The notes under the pieces were generated by a model that was given only the letters and a program-made list of their open reading frames with translations, made no database searches and was not told where the DNA came from. 42,651 bases of DNA from Methanobacteriota archaeon (lineage in GTDB: Archaea > Thermoplasmatota > Thermoplasmata > RBG-16-68-12): contig VBMN01000078.1 of assembly GCA_005878385.1 (NCBI GenBank), forward strand, positions 1 through 42,651. The letters run 5' to 3'. Positions within the stretch are counted from its first letter, which is position 1; each line of letters opens with the position of its first letter. Below are positions 15,090 to 23,869 of the stretch, in pieces. The translations under genes and the position numbers were made by a program.

Positions 15090-16574
15090 ATGGCCTCGTA
15101 CGAGGACCTGATGTCCTTGTCCGTCCGTCGCGGCTTCCTCTGGCCCGCCGTCGATCTGTACGGCGGCTTCGCCGGTTTCTACGATTACGGGCACAATGGC
15201 GTCCTCCTTCGGAGGCGATGGGAAGACCGCTGGATCGAGACCTTCCTCGGGCTAAGCGATAATTACCATCTGATCGACACGACGACGATTCTTCCCGAAG
15301 CCGCCCTCAAGGCGTCCGGCCATGTGGATCACTTCACGGACATCCTCGTCACCTGCACGCGATGCGGGGAGTCGTACCGCGGCGACCAGCTTCTCGAGGC
15401 CGCGACCCACGAGGAGCAGGAAGGGCTGACCACGAAAGAGGTCGACGCTCGGATCGAGGATCTCAAGATCCGATGTCCGAACTGCAAGGGTGTTCTGGGC
15501 CCGTCCCGCGAGTTCCACATGATGTTCCCGCTCGGAGTCGGTCCCACGGGGAAGGACCGCGCTTACCTGCGACCCGAAACCGCCCAGGGCGTGTTCCTGA
15601 ACTTCAAACGGGAGTTCGAGGCTCTCCGCCGGAAACTGCCGATGGGGCTGGCCATCGTCGGACGCGCATACCGGAATGAAATCAGTCCCCGGCAAGGCGC
15701 GTACCGGATGCGGGAATTCATCCAAGCGGAACTGCAGATCTTCTTCGACCCCGCGACGTTCGCGGACGCACTGCCTTTCCACGAGATCGCGTCCGTCCCC
15801 GTTCGAGTTGCCTGGGCCTCGGAGAAACACGCGCCGACGGCGCACGACATTCCCGCGAAGGATCTGATCGACCACGGACTGCCGCCGTGGTATGTCTGGC
15901 ACCTCGTGCAGGTCCAGCGCTTCTATCTCGACTTCCTGCGGCTCCCGAGGGACGCCTTCCGCTTCGCCGAACTGGACGAGAAGGAACGCGCGTTCTACAA
16001 CAAGATCCACTTCGACATCCAGGTTCGACAGGAGAGCTTGGGAGGATTCAAGGAAGTTGGCGGAGTCCACTACCGGACGGACCACGATCTGAAGGGGCAC
16101 GAGGCGGGGTCCCACGCGAAACAGTCCGTCACCTTCGGAACGTCGAAACTCGTTCCGCACGTCCTCGAACTGTCGTTCGGTGTGGATCGCAACGTATGGG
16201 CGCTCCTCGACCTCTCGTACACGAAAAGCGATCGCATCGTGCTCCGGCTTCCGCCCCGGATCGCGCCTGTTCCCGTCGGGGTCTTTCCGCTCGTGAACAA
16301 GGACGGCCTCCCGGAGCGAGCCGAAGCGCTGTACGCGGACCTCCGCAAGCGGACCACGGTGTTCTACGACGATTCGGGTTCGATCGGAAGACGATATGCG
16401 CGGATGGACGAAATCGGCACGCCCTTCTCCGTCACCGTCGATCACGAGACACTCGAGGGGAAGGGCGTCACCGTGCGCGAGCGAGACTCGCAGAAACAGG
16501 TCCGGGTCGAGGAACGGGAACTCGCAGGGAAGCTTGCCCGCTTCCTGTCCGGCGAAGAGACATTCTCTGCGTGA
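15090..16574 (+). CDS. glyS: Glycine--tRNA ligase (archaeal/eukaryal class II type)
   Basis: SVRRGFLWPAVDLYGGFAGFYDYGHNGVLL, RPETAQGVFLNFK, GRAYRNEISPR, and a C-terminal anticodon-binding region ending GIGTPFSVTVD. Confidence 0.9.
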   Translation: MASYEDLMSLSVRRGFLWPAVDLYGGFAGFYDYGHNGVLLRRRWEDRWIETFLGLSDNYHLIDTTTILPEAALKASGHVDHFTDILVTCTRCGESYRGDQLLEAATHEEQEGLTTKEVDARIEDLKIRCPNCKGVLGPSREFHMMFPLGVGPTGKDRAYLRPETAQGVFLNFKREFEALRRKLPMGLAIVGRAYRNEISPRQGAYRMREFIQAELQIFFDPATFADALPFHEIASVPVRVAWASEKHAPTAHDIPAKDLIDHGLPPWYVWHLVQVQRFYLDFLRLPRDAFRFAELDEKERAFYNKIHFDIQVRQESLGGFKEVGGVHYRTDHDLKGHEAGSHAKQSVTFGTSKLVPHVLELSFGVDRNVWALLDLSYTKSDRIVLRLPPRIAPVPVGVFPLVNKDGLPERAEALYADLRKRTTVFYDDSGSIGRRYARMDEIGTPFSVTVDHETLEGKGVTVRERDSQKQVRVEERELAGKLARFLSGEETFSA

Positions 16575-16578
16575 GACG

Positions 16579-17193
16579 ATGGGGACGCCTCGCGGCGTGC
16601 TCCGATTCGTGGAGCAACTCGAACATCGAATCGACGATCTTGTCTCGGGACGGGATCACGTCGCGCTCGCTTATTCCGGGGGCTTGTCGAGCACGCTCCT
16701 CGCGATGGTCGCTCGCAAGAGATGCGATCTGGAGTGCGTCGTCGCAGGAGTCGAGAGCTCCGAAGACGTCCGCGCAGGGAAGGCCGCGAAGGCCCATTTG
16801 GACTATCGGGTTCGATTCGTGTACCTCGACCTCGAGGAGGTGCTCCGAATCCGTGAAGACATCGAGACTTCGAACCGACGCTTGTCTCCAATCTCGGTCC
16901 GTTCATTGATTCCCTTGCGCGCGGTGCTCAAGGAAACGCCCGACCACGCGGTCCTGACAGGATTCGGGCTTCAGCGGATGGACGCGAACATCGAGACGGT
17001 TCTCCGGGGCCGGGGATTCCTGTGTCCTCTGATGGACCTGTCGCGGAATCGACCGTTCCCTCGGGCCTTACTTCGCGAGGCGGCGATTTCTCTCGGCCTT
17101 CCGGTCGAATGGGCCCGCGTGGCACACCGATCCCCCGCGACGGGTGCGGGAATCAATGACTTCCTCCTGACAAGGGGACCCCGTGATCGCTAG
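16579..17193 (+). CDS. PP-loop-like ATP pyrophosphatase family protein (function unclear)
   Basis: VALAYSGGLSSTLLAMV resembles the SGGxDS PP-loop. ATG is 4 nt after the glyS stop. The ORF-track start at 16396 lies inside glyS. Confidence 0.55.
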   Translation: MGTPRGVLRFVEQLEHRIDDLVSGRDHVALAYSGGLSSTLLAMVARKRCDLECVVAGVESSEDVRAGKAAKAHLDYRVRFVYLDLEEVLRIREDIETSNRRLSPISVRSLIPLRAVLKETPDHAVLTGFGLQRMDANIETVLRGRGFLCPLMDLSRNRPFPRALLREAAISLGLPVEWARVAHRSPATGAGINDFLLTRGPRDR

Positions 17194-17290
17194 GACGCTC
17201 CTCGCGGGGCCAACCCGAACGGTGCATTCGGCGATCTTTTCCTCGAGCGGAACCCCTGTATTCGCAAGGATGACATTGAGCCAGCAAGCG

Positions 17291-17296
17291 TTATAA
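17291..17296 (+). promoter_or_regulatory. TATA box (TTATAA) for the small GTPase gene
   Basis: About 30 nt upstream of ATG 17326. The ORF-track GTG at 17299 is only 3 nt from the box and therefore implausible. Confidence 0.5.
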
Positions 17297-17325
17297 GCGT
17301 GACCCCTGCATGGAGCGACATCGCG

Positions 17326-18144
17326 ATGGTCGACGACCACATCAAACGCAAGATTCTCCTCCTCGGCGACGGGGCGGTCGGGAAGACGAGCCTGATCCGA
17401 CGCTTCGTGGTGGACAAGTTCTCGGACGAGTACATCACCACGATCGGGACGAAGGTCACGAAAAAGGACCTGCGGATCGAGTCGCCGGGAAAATTCACGG
17501 ACCTGACCTTCATGATTTGGGACGTCCTCGGACAGAAGGGCTACAAGGGGATTCAAGAGAGTTCGTTTCAAGGGGCTAAGGGAGCCCTTCTGATGTACGA
17601 CGTCACGCGACCGGAGACGGCGGAGAGTCTTCAGGACTACTGGATTCCGCACCTGCTCCAGGTGACGAACCCGATTCCGATCGTCGTCGTCGGCAACAAG
17701 GTGGACCTCGCGAATTCCCGACGGGAAGCGCAGGAGGCGCTGGACGATCTCAAGGAGAGCCTCGGCGTGGCCGGATTCCTGAGTTCCGCGAAGACCGGAC
17801 AGAACGTGGAGGCGGGCTTCCTCGCCCTTGCGAAGGCCATGATTTCTCATTCGGATGCGAGGATGTCCCGACGCGAGGCCGTCGAGGAAGTGACGCACGA
17901 GTTCATCGCCGTGACGGACCAGATCATCATGGACTTCTGCGACTCGATGGGCGGTCAAGAGGCCGCGATGCCCATCGTGCGACAACAACTCACCCGCGCG
18001 GGCGTCGATGTGAAAGCGCCGACCCGGGAGGGCCTGCGTCTCGCGGTCGACTATCTGGCGGAAACCGAGTCTTCGTTCCGGAACGCGGCCGACGTCGAGG
18101 AGAGCAAGCGCAAACGTCTCGGTTGGATCAAGGAAGTTGCCTGA
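17326..18144 (+). CDS. Rab/Ras-like small GTPase with an about 100-aa C-terminal helical extension
   Basis: G1 LLGDGAVGKTSL, G2 YITTIGT, G3 WDVLGQ, G4 GNKVDL, G5 SAKTGQNVEAGF. No CAAX motif. Confidence 0.85.
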   Translation: MVDDHIKRKILLLGDGAVGKTSLIRRFVVDKFSDEYITTIGTKVTKKDLRIESPGKFTDLTFMIWDVLGQKGYKGIQESSFQGAKGALLMYDVTRPETAESLQDYWIPHLLQVTNPIPIVVVGNKVDLANSRREAQEALDDLKESLGVAGFLSSAKTGQNVEAGFLALAKAMISHSDARMSRREAVEEVTHEFIAVTDQIIMDFCDSMGGQEAAMPIVRQQLTRAGVDVKAPTREGLRLAVDYLAETESSFRNAADVEESKRKRLGWIKEVA

Positions 18145-19554
18145 TCAGAGCGGCCGTTCCATGTACGGTCGATCGAGCCGGTAACCGAGGGAACGGTAGT
18201 ACCCTCGGACGCCGACCCCGGACATGACCCGCATCCTTGGCACATGGAATTCATCTCGGGCGATCCGTTCACATTCCGACATCAATCTGCGTCCGAATCC
18301 GCGGTGCTGCCAGCGCTCGCCCGCCGACTCGTGGATCGGGACGATACGACCAAAGACTTTCAGTTCCCGGACCGTCGCTTCCTTCATTCCAATCCTCAAG
18401 CGTGCGTACGCGACAAGAACATCACGCTCGGGATCCTCGATGCTCAGGAACACCTCGAGGCCGCCGGATGCGTCGTAGTCGTTGCGCAGCAGGGTCAGCG
18501 CCTCAAGGCGAGGCGGGACCGCTCGGAAGCCGACCTCGCGACACCGAACGCAATGGCAGTCGAGGCCCTGCGACCGGAGACGCTCCTTCGCGAGCACACG
18601 CAAGTCTCCTCGCTTCGCGCCCTCTTCGATGTCCGGTGCCCCGATCTCCCGTTGGACCCGCTGGATCCGGCACCATCGCGGGACGATGGCCTTGACGCGG
18701 GCGATCAGCTCGACGGCCTCGTCCGTGCGGAGCGGCGTGTAACGGCCGGATTTCCAAAGCCCATGCAGGGCGGTGCCTGACAGCACGAGCGTCGGATAGA
18801 TCTTCAGGAAGTCAGGGCGATAGGAGGGATCCTCGAAAAGGCCGCGGAACGATTCCATGTCTCGATCCGGATCCGATCCCGGGAGGCCCGGCATCATGTG
18901 GACCCCGACCTTCAACCCGGCAGACTTCGCCACGCGGATTGCCTCCCGACTTTGCGCGTCGGTGTGGCCCCGGTGGACGGCCTCCAACACGTCATCGTGG
19001 GTCGTCTGAACCCCCAGTTCCACGCGCGTCGCACCCAGGGCCAAGGATTCTGCGACCTCAGGGCCCAGGAAGCAATCCGGTTTCGTCTCAATCGTAAGCC
19101 CGATGCATCGACTCGCGGCGGATTCGTTCGCGTCCTGCGCGTCTTCGAGGGCCGGAGCTTCGAATCCGTTCAGGCCGTCGAAGCATCCTTTCACGAACCA
19201 CTCCCGATAGCCCGCCTCGAGGGCGGTGAAGGTGCCGCCGAGGACAATCAGGTCCACCTTGTCCGTGTCGTGTCCGATCCGCTGCAAAGCCTCGATCCGG
19301 GAGACCGTCTGTCCTCTGGGATCGTAATGATGCTCCGCGGCCCGCTGGGCGACCGGCTCGGTCCCCATGTAGGACTGCGGTGTTCCGAGACGCGGTCCAC
19401 CGGGGCAGTACGTGCAGACACCGTGCGGACAACCGTGAGGGGCGGTCATCACGGTGACGACCGCGACCCCGCTCGCCGTCCGAGCGGGCTTGACCCGAAG
19501 GAGATCCCGGAGGTCCTCCCGCAGCGGGTCGGGCATGCGCTCGAGGATCGCCAA
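18145..19554 (-). CDS. elp3: Elp3 (radical SAM + GNAT tRNA wobble-uridine modification enzyme)
   Basis: Radical SAM cluster CPHGVCTYCPGG, GNAT end HRGFGRRLMSECERIA. The conserved N-terminal segment continues in frame to 19701 without a canonical start. Confidence 0.9.
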   Translation of the reverse strand: MAILERMPDPLREDLRDLLRVKPARTASGVAVVTVMTAPHGCPHGVCTYCPGGPRLGTPQSYMGTEPVAQRAAEHHYDPRGQTVSRIEALQRIGHDTDKVDLIVLGGTFTALEAGYREWFVKGCFDGLNGFEAPALEDAQDANESAASRCIGLTIETKPDCFLGPEVAESLALGATRVELGVQTTHDDVLEAVHRGHTDAQSREAIRVAKSAGLKVGVHMMPGLPGSDPDRDMESFRGLFEDPSYRPDFLKIYPTLVLSGTALHGLWKSGRYTPLRTDEAVELIARVKAIVPRWCRIQRVQREIGAPDIEEGAKRGDLRVLAKERLRSQGLDCHCVRCREVGFRAVPPRLEALTLLRNDYDASGGLEVFLSIEDPERDVLVAYARLRIGMKEATVRELKVFGRIVPIHESAGERWQHRGFGRRLMSECERIARDEFHVPRMRVMSGVGVRGYYRSLGYRLDRPYMERPL

Positions 19555-19697
19555 ATCCGAGGGAAGGCCGCCGAGACGATGCGTGCGCGCGAGGCGAAGC
19601 TTGATTCGTTCGAGTTCGTCCTTCGACGCAGGCGTTCGGTCGCGGAGCTCGCCGACTAGGGCCTCGACAAATCCCGCGTCGAGACCGCCCGCGGGGG

Positions 19698-20228
19698 TCA
19701 GCCGGGCTCCTCCGATGAGACGGGGGCCGCTGGGACCGCGGCCTGCGCTCGCCCGAACAAGTCCACCGCGCGGGCGAGTCCGACACCGAGCGATGCGAGC
19801 CCCGCGAAGACGAGCGCTGTACCCGCGATGATTCCGGCATCGAGAGCGGGCGAGCGGGAGAGTTCGTTGATGGGATTCATGAAGATGCCAATCCAGTCGA
19901 AGAATAGGGCTATCTCAAAGAGGGAGAGCAACGCGATCCCGGCGCCTCCGAGAGCGAGTCCTCGAATTCGAGATCCCGAAACCCCGGCCGCGAGATTCGC
20001 CCTCCAGAGCGCCGCCGTGAGACCGGCGAACAACACGATCTGACCGAGTCCGGAGGTGATCGCGAGGACCTGCCTCGCTTCCGGGATGGAGAGGTCGAAC
20101 GCGTCCGCGGTCCCCGTCGGAAAGATTCGCAGAAGTTGGGAAATCAGATACAGCCACACCGCAAGGAACGCGAGGCCAAGCCAGCCTCGCGGCGGCCGAA
20201 TCCCCCGAGCAGTTACCGGCGGAGTCAT
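19698..20228 (-). CDS. Hypothetical polytopic membrane protein
   Basis: 176 aa with about 5 hydrophobic segments. Its stop overlaps the elp3 reading frame. Confidence 0.6.
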   Translation of the reverse strand: MTPPVTARGIRPPRGWLGLAFLAVWLYLISQLLRIFPTGTADAFDLSIPEARQVLAITSGLGQIVLFAGLTAALWRANLAAGVSGSRIRGLALGGAGIALLSLFEIALFFDWIGIFMNPINELSRSPALDAGIIAGTALVFAGLASLGVGLARAVDLFGRAQAAVPAAPVSSEEPG

Positions 20229-20277
20229 GGAAAAGGCATCTCGCGTTGGGGCATGAACTCTTGGTACAGGGTCGATG

Positions 20278-20553
20278 CTACCCGTACATGGTCCCGTGCT
20301 TCTCGACCTTCGGCGCCTCGCCCGGCACGTGTTCGAGGACGTCCACGGCGAGGACGACGTGCAGCGGGATCAGTCGTAGCTTCCCTTTCAATTCCTGATG
20401 GCTGTCGTCCAGTTCGATCACGACCGCATCATCGGTCCCGATCGTGGCGTAGCCGCGGAAGACTCCTTTTGTGACCTTCGTCCGCTCGCGAGTCTCCATC
20501 GATTCGATGCGGTAGCGGGAACCTTTCGTCAGCGAGACAATGTCATCGGCCAA
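20278..20553 (-). CDS. Small hypothetical protein (beta-rich, 91 aa)
   Basis: Protein-like composition. It starts 4 nt downstream of the wHTH gene stop, so it is likely co-transcribed. Confidence 0.5.
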   Translation of the reverse strand: MADDIVSLTKGSRYRIESMETRERTKVTKGVFRGYATIGTDDAVVIELDDSHQELKGKLRLIPLHVVLAVDVLEHVPGEAPKVEKHGTMYG

Positions 20554-20557
20554 CTCC

Positions 20558-20992
20558 TCACCTCCGCTGCTCCGCGAGCTTCGCGAGATGGTCGACCGTC
20601 TTGCGGTAGTTTTCCATGGCGATCTCGACGTTCGATTCGACGAAGTTCCACGCCTTCGAAAGATTTCCGTATCGGATCCGGTATCCCTTCCGGATCGTCC
20701 CGCGCTCGTTCACGTTCACCTCGTCCAAGAGGTCCATCTCCTTGAGCTTGTTGATGTGGCGGTAGATCGTTGCTTTCGTCGTCTTCAGCTTCGCGGCGAG
20801 CTGTTCCACCGTCCACCCTTTGTCCATCCGACCCAGGAGGCATTCGACGAACAATCGGTAGGGCACGGAATCCCGCACGCTCGACGCGTCCGTCTTCGGG
20901 TCGTACCCTTTCGGGATGTACCCGATCTGCGTGAGGAACAGGAGGGAGACATCGTCGATGTCCTTCAGCGGCGTGAGGGGAGTGTTGCTCAC
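20558..20992 (-). CDS. Winged-helix transcriptional regulator (ArsR/TrmB-like)
   Basis: WTVEQLAAKLKTTKATIYRHINKLKEMDLLDEV. GTG start. Confidence 0.7.
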   Translation of the reverse strand: MSNTPLTPLKDIDDVSLLFLTQIGYIPKGYDPKTDASSVRDSVPYRLFVECLLGRMDKGWTVEQLAAKLKTTKATIYRHINKLKEMDLLDEVNVNERGTIRKGYRIRYGNLSKAWNFVESNVEIAMENYRKTVDHLAKLAEQRR

Positions 20993-21080
20993 GATGACGA
21001 TTTCAAACGGCAGAAGGAACCCTTCGCCTCGGGTATCGAAAGGGCGTAGTTAAGGCTTACCATTGAATTATATCGTCTAA

Positions 21081-21096
21081 CATGATAATAATCATG
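21081..21096. promoter_or_regulatory. Palindrome CATGAT-AATA-ATCATG in an AT-rich spacer
   Basis: Perfect 6-bp arms. It lies upstream of the wHTH operon (minus strand) and immediately after the NIF3 stop, next to the AT-rich GAATTATATC (21065-21074). It could be an operator or a 3' end element. Confidence 0.3.
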
Positions 21097-21097
21097 C

Positions 21098-21928
21098 TCA
21101 GACGTCGATAATTCCGCTATACGTGTCGATGCCCAACCCTCGCGCACGAAGCTCCCGGACGAGCACATTGATGCCGATGCTGTCGGAAGCTAGGTGGCCC
21201 GTGACCACGAGGTTCTTCGGACCGTCGCGGCCATAGAGCTCCCACAACCGTCGGAGGGCCCCCGCATCGATGTGGATATAGAAAACCGTGTCGATTCCGT
21301 GGTCGAAGGCGGCGCGGGCGACCGGAACGCCTCCGTTCGTCCCCGCACCATGGTGGACCGCCCATTTTCCGAGGGGATTCTCCGGTTTCCCCATGCGGAC
21401 GACGATGCGGGTCTTCGCCGCCCGAAATTCCGGAATCGTCTCGAGGACGGCGACTGCATCCTGCACCCGCGGCTTCGCGGACAGACGGCTGCGCAGCGTC
21501 TCGTCCATCACGCGACGCCCGATTTCGTCGCATGGATTATGGATGCACATCAGGCCGATCCCGATCATCCGAGCGACGGAAGGCAGGTGGTCGTAGTTCT
21601 CCGCATGGGCCCTCGGCTCGCGTTCTTCCTGTAACTCTCGGACCGCGGAAGAGGCCGCTTGGATCGGCACGTCGTGGCGCTGCAAGATGTCCCCATGTTT
21701 CGCGAGCACCTTCGGGAAGTTCAGGATCGCGCTGCCGCCGGTCGGATGGTGCGCGATGACCAGATCGTAGCCTTTCTCCTTCGCGAGGAGAAGGTCCGCT
21801 GGGTCGACGTCGATGCCGATCAGGGCCCGCTTGACGTCCTTCGACGGAACATTGATCGTCGTGTCGGCGGGGACTTCCGACTGCTTCGCGAGACGGAGGG
21901 CGACGTCCAGGATTTCCTGCGTATCCAT
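21098..21928 (-). CDS. NIF3-family (GTP cyclohydrolase I type 2-like) metal-binding protein
   Basis: GYDLVIAHHPTGG near the N-terminus and VTGHLASDSIG near the C-terminus. Start chosen at ATG 21928 (MDTQEILD). Confidence 0.8.
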   Translation of the reverse strand: MDTQEILDVALRLAKQSEVPADTTINVPSKDVKRALIGIDVDPADLLLAKEKGYDLVIAHHPTGGSAILNFPKVLAKHGDILQRHDVPIQAASSAVRELQEEREPRAHAENYDHLPSVARMIGIGLMCIHNPCDEIGRRVMDETLRSRLSAKPRVQDAVAVLETIPEFRAAKTRIVVRMGKPENPLGKWAVHHGAGTNGGVPVARAAFDHGIDTVFYIHIDAGALRRLWELYGRDGPKNLVVTGHLASDSIGINVLVRELRARGLGIDTYSGIIDV

Positions 21929-22053
21929 CGCGCGCCCGGAGCGACCGAGGCAGCATAAGCCCTTTGCGCCCTGTTCCCGCGCTTCGCCCACGTCGGCCAA
22001 AGGCTTTTCGTCTCAGGCCGGTTGCCGTGGCCGGGAGGAGTGGCACGTCCCGC

Positions 22054-22350
22054 ATGTCAGCCGCAGAAATCGCTCGGACCGGTGTCCTCGTTCGGATCCC
22101 GTCCGCCCTCCGTTCGTACACGAGGGGACAGGATGAGGTCGTCCTCGATGCGCCGAACCTGGCGGGCATGCTAGAGTCGCTCGAGTCCTCGTTCCCGGGG
22201 ATTCGGCATCGGGTGGTGGATGAGGCCGGCCGCCGACGTCCGTTCGTGAACGTGTTCCTGAACGAGGAGCTCGTGATGACGGCCTTCCCGGACGTGGCGC
22301 TGAAGCCCGGGGACATCGTGCATATCTTGCCCAGTGTGGCCGGTGGTTGA
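22054..22350 (+). CDS. MoaD/ThiS-family ubiquitin-like small protein ending in Gly-Gly
   Basis: 98 aa ending ..GDIVHILPSVAGG-stop. GGAGG at 22035-22039 lies upstream of ATG 22054. Confidence 0.75.
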   Translation: MSAAEIARTGVLVRIPSALRSYTRGQDEVVLDAPNLAGMLESLESSFPGIRHRVVDEAGRRRPFVNVFLNEELVMTAFPDVALKPGDIVHILPSVAGG

Positions 22351-22351
22351 C

Positions 22352-23455
22352 GTGGCATCTGCAATCAAGAAGGGTAGTGTGGTCGTGGCAGTCGGAACGA
22401 AGAAAGGTGGATTCCTGTTCCATTCGCCCGATCGAAAGAAATGGTCCGTGGCCGGGCCGTTCATGACGGGCGCAAGCGTCTATCACATGGTCCTCGATCC
22501 GAGGGACGGCCGCACCGTCTACGCGGCCGCGCCGCATTTTGCGGAACCGTGGGGCCCCGGCGTCTACCGCGGACGAGCCGGAGAGCAGTTGAAACCGACC
22601 GCCGCTGCGCCGAAATTCAAGGAGGGTTCCAATCTCGCCGTGAGCCGTGTCTGGCATGTCGAGCCGGGTCCCGAGGACGAGCCCGAGACCGTCTACGCCG
22701 GCGTCGAACCCGCAGCGCTCTTCCGCAGCGCGGATCGAGGCGATACGTGGCAGGACATCGAGTCTCTGAACTACCATTCGACGCGGAAGGATTGGCAGCC
22801 CGGAGGCGGGGGACTGTGTTTGCATTCGATCCTGGTTGACCCGAAGAAATCGAAACACCTTGTGATTGGAATCAGCGCGGTCGGGGCGTTCGAATCGCGC
22901 GACGGCGGCCGCTCGTGGACGACGGAGAATCGCGGCGTACGGGCGGGTTTCATGCCGAACAAGTATCCCGAGTGGGGTCAATGTGTCCACAAACTCGCGT
23001 GGGATGCGTCCGGGGACGGCTCCATGTTTCAGCAGAACCACTGCGGCACGTACCACCGCGGCCCGGACGGGGGCTCTTGGACCGAGGTGACGAAAGGCCT
23101 TCCGTCGGAGTTCGGATTCCCGATCGCGGCCCATCCGGACCGGAAGAACACGGCGTTCGTCGCGCCGCTGATCGGCGCGGAGAACCGCGTGTTCCCGAAG
23201 GGACAAATGGCCGTGTGGAAGACCGGGAATTCGGGCAAGACGTGGCGGCGAGTTTCGAAGGGCTTGCCGGGTCCGAACGCATACCTCGGCGTCTTGCGAG
23301 AAGGAATGTCGACCGACGCGGAAGATCCGCTCGGCCTTTACGTCGGAACGAACACGGGGCAACTGTTCGCAAGCCGCGACGAAGGCGATTCCTGGAAAAT
23401 GATCGCCGATTTCCTTCCACCGATCCTGTCGGTCAGCGGCGGCATGGCACGATAG
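22352..23455 (+). CDS. BNR/Asp-box-like beta-propeller protein (sialidase-fold or Ycf48-like family)
   Basis: Repeated S-x-D-x-G-x-(T/S)-W motifs: SADRGDTWQD, SRDGGRSWTT, GPDGGSWTE, TGNSGKTWRR, SRDEGDSWKM. GTG 22352 lies 1 nt after the MoaD-like stop. The ORF track uses 22334. Confidence 0.75.
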   Translation: MASAIKKGSVVVAVGTKKGGFLFHSPDRKKWSVAGPFMTGASVYHMVLDPRDGRTVYAAAPHFAEPWGPGVYRGRAGEQLKPTAAAPKFKEGSNLAVSRVWHVEPGPEDEPETVYAGVEPAALFRSADRGDTWQDIESLNYHSTRKDWQPGGGGLCLHSILVDPKKSKHLVIGISAVGAFESRDGGRSWTTENRGVRAGFMPNKYPEWGQCVHKLAWDASGDGSMFQQNHCGTYHRGPDGGSWTEVTKGLPSEFGFPIAAHPDRKNTAFVAPLIGAENRVFPKGQMAVWKTGNSGKTWRRVSKGLPGPNAYLGVLREGMSTDAEDPLGLYVGTNTGQLFASRDEGDSWKMIADFLPPILSVSGGMAR

Positions 23456-23541
23456 ACGAGGACGATCCGCCCGCGCTGATTGGATCCCGGGTTCGCAGTG
23501 GGGAATGCGGCTGATGCCGCCCCGTCTCGATTCCGTCCCTC

Positions 23542-23853
23542 TCAGAACACGAAGATGAGGATCAGGACCGCCGCCAGAAGCTGAGCGATCCGCCAGACGG
23601 TCGTCGTCCATGACTCCCCGCTGGCCGTGTACGCGCCGACGAACAGGGCCAAGGTCACGAAGAAGCCTCCGACTCCGAGGAGGACCAAAGCTGCCAACGT
23701 GATCGACGCCACAGCCGCGCCGCTTCCGACCACGGCCACCATCGATCGACTGATGAGGCCGGTCAGGAGGGCGACGAGACCGAAGACAAGGAGGCCCAGA
23801 TGCTGCGAGGGCGACCTGCCCATGTCCCAGATTTTCTCGCCGAATCCTGGCAT
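23542..23853 (-). CDS. Small membrane protein (3 TM)
   Basis: 103 aa, hydrophobic. It starts 16 nt after the stop of 23870-24232. Confidence 0.5.
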   Translation of the reverse strand: MPGFGEKIWDMGRSPSQHLGLLVFGLVALLTGLISRSMVAVVGSGAAVASITLAALVLLGVGGFFVTLALFVGAYTASGESWTTTVWRIAQLLAAVLILIFVF

Positions 23854-23869
23854 TGTTGTCCCCCCGCGA

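Noticed and set aside
20278-20553. Sm-like (LSm) fold for the 91-aa protein
   Set aside because: It shows only a vague resemblance (GVFRGY..VVIELDD..LRLIPLHVV) with no clear Sm1 or Sm2 motifs. I left it as hypothetical.
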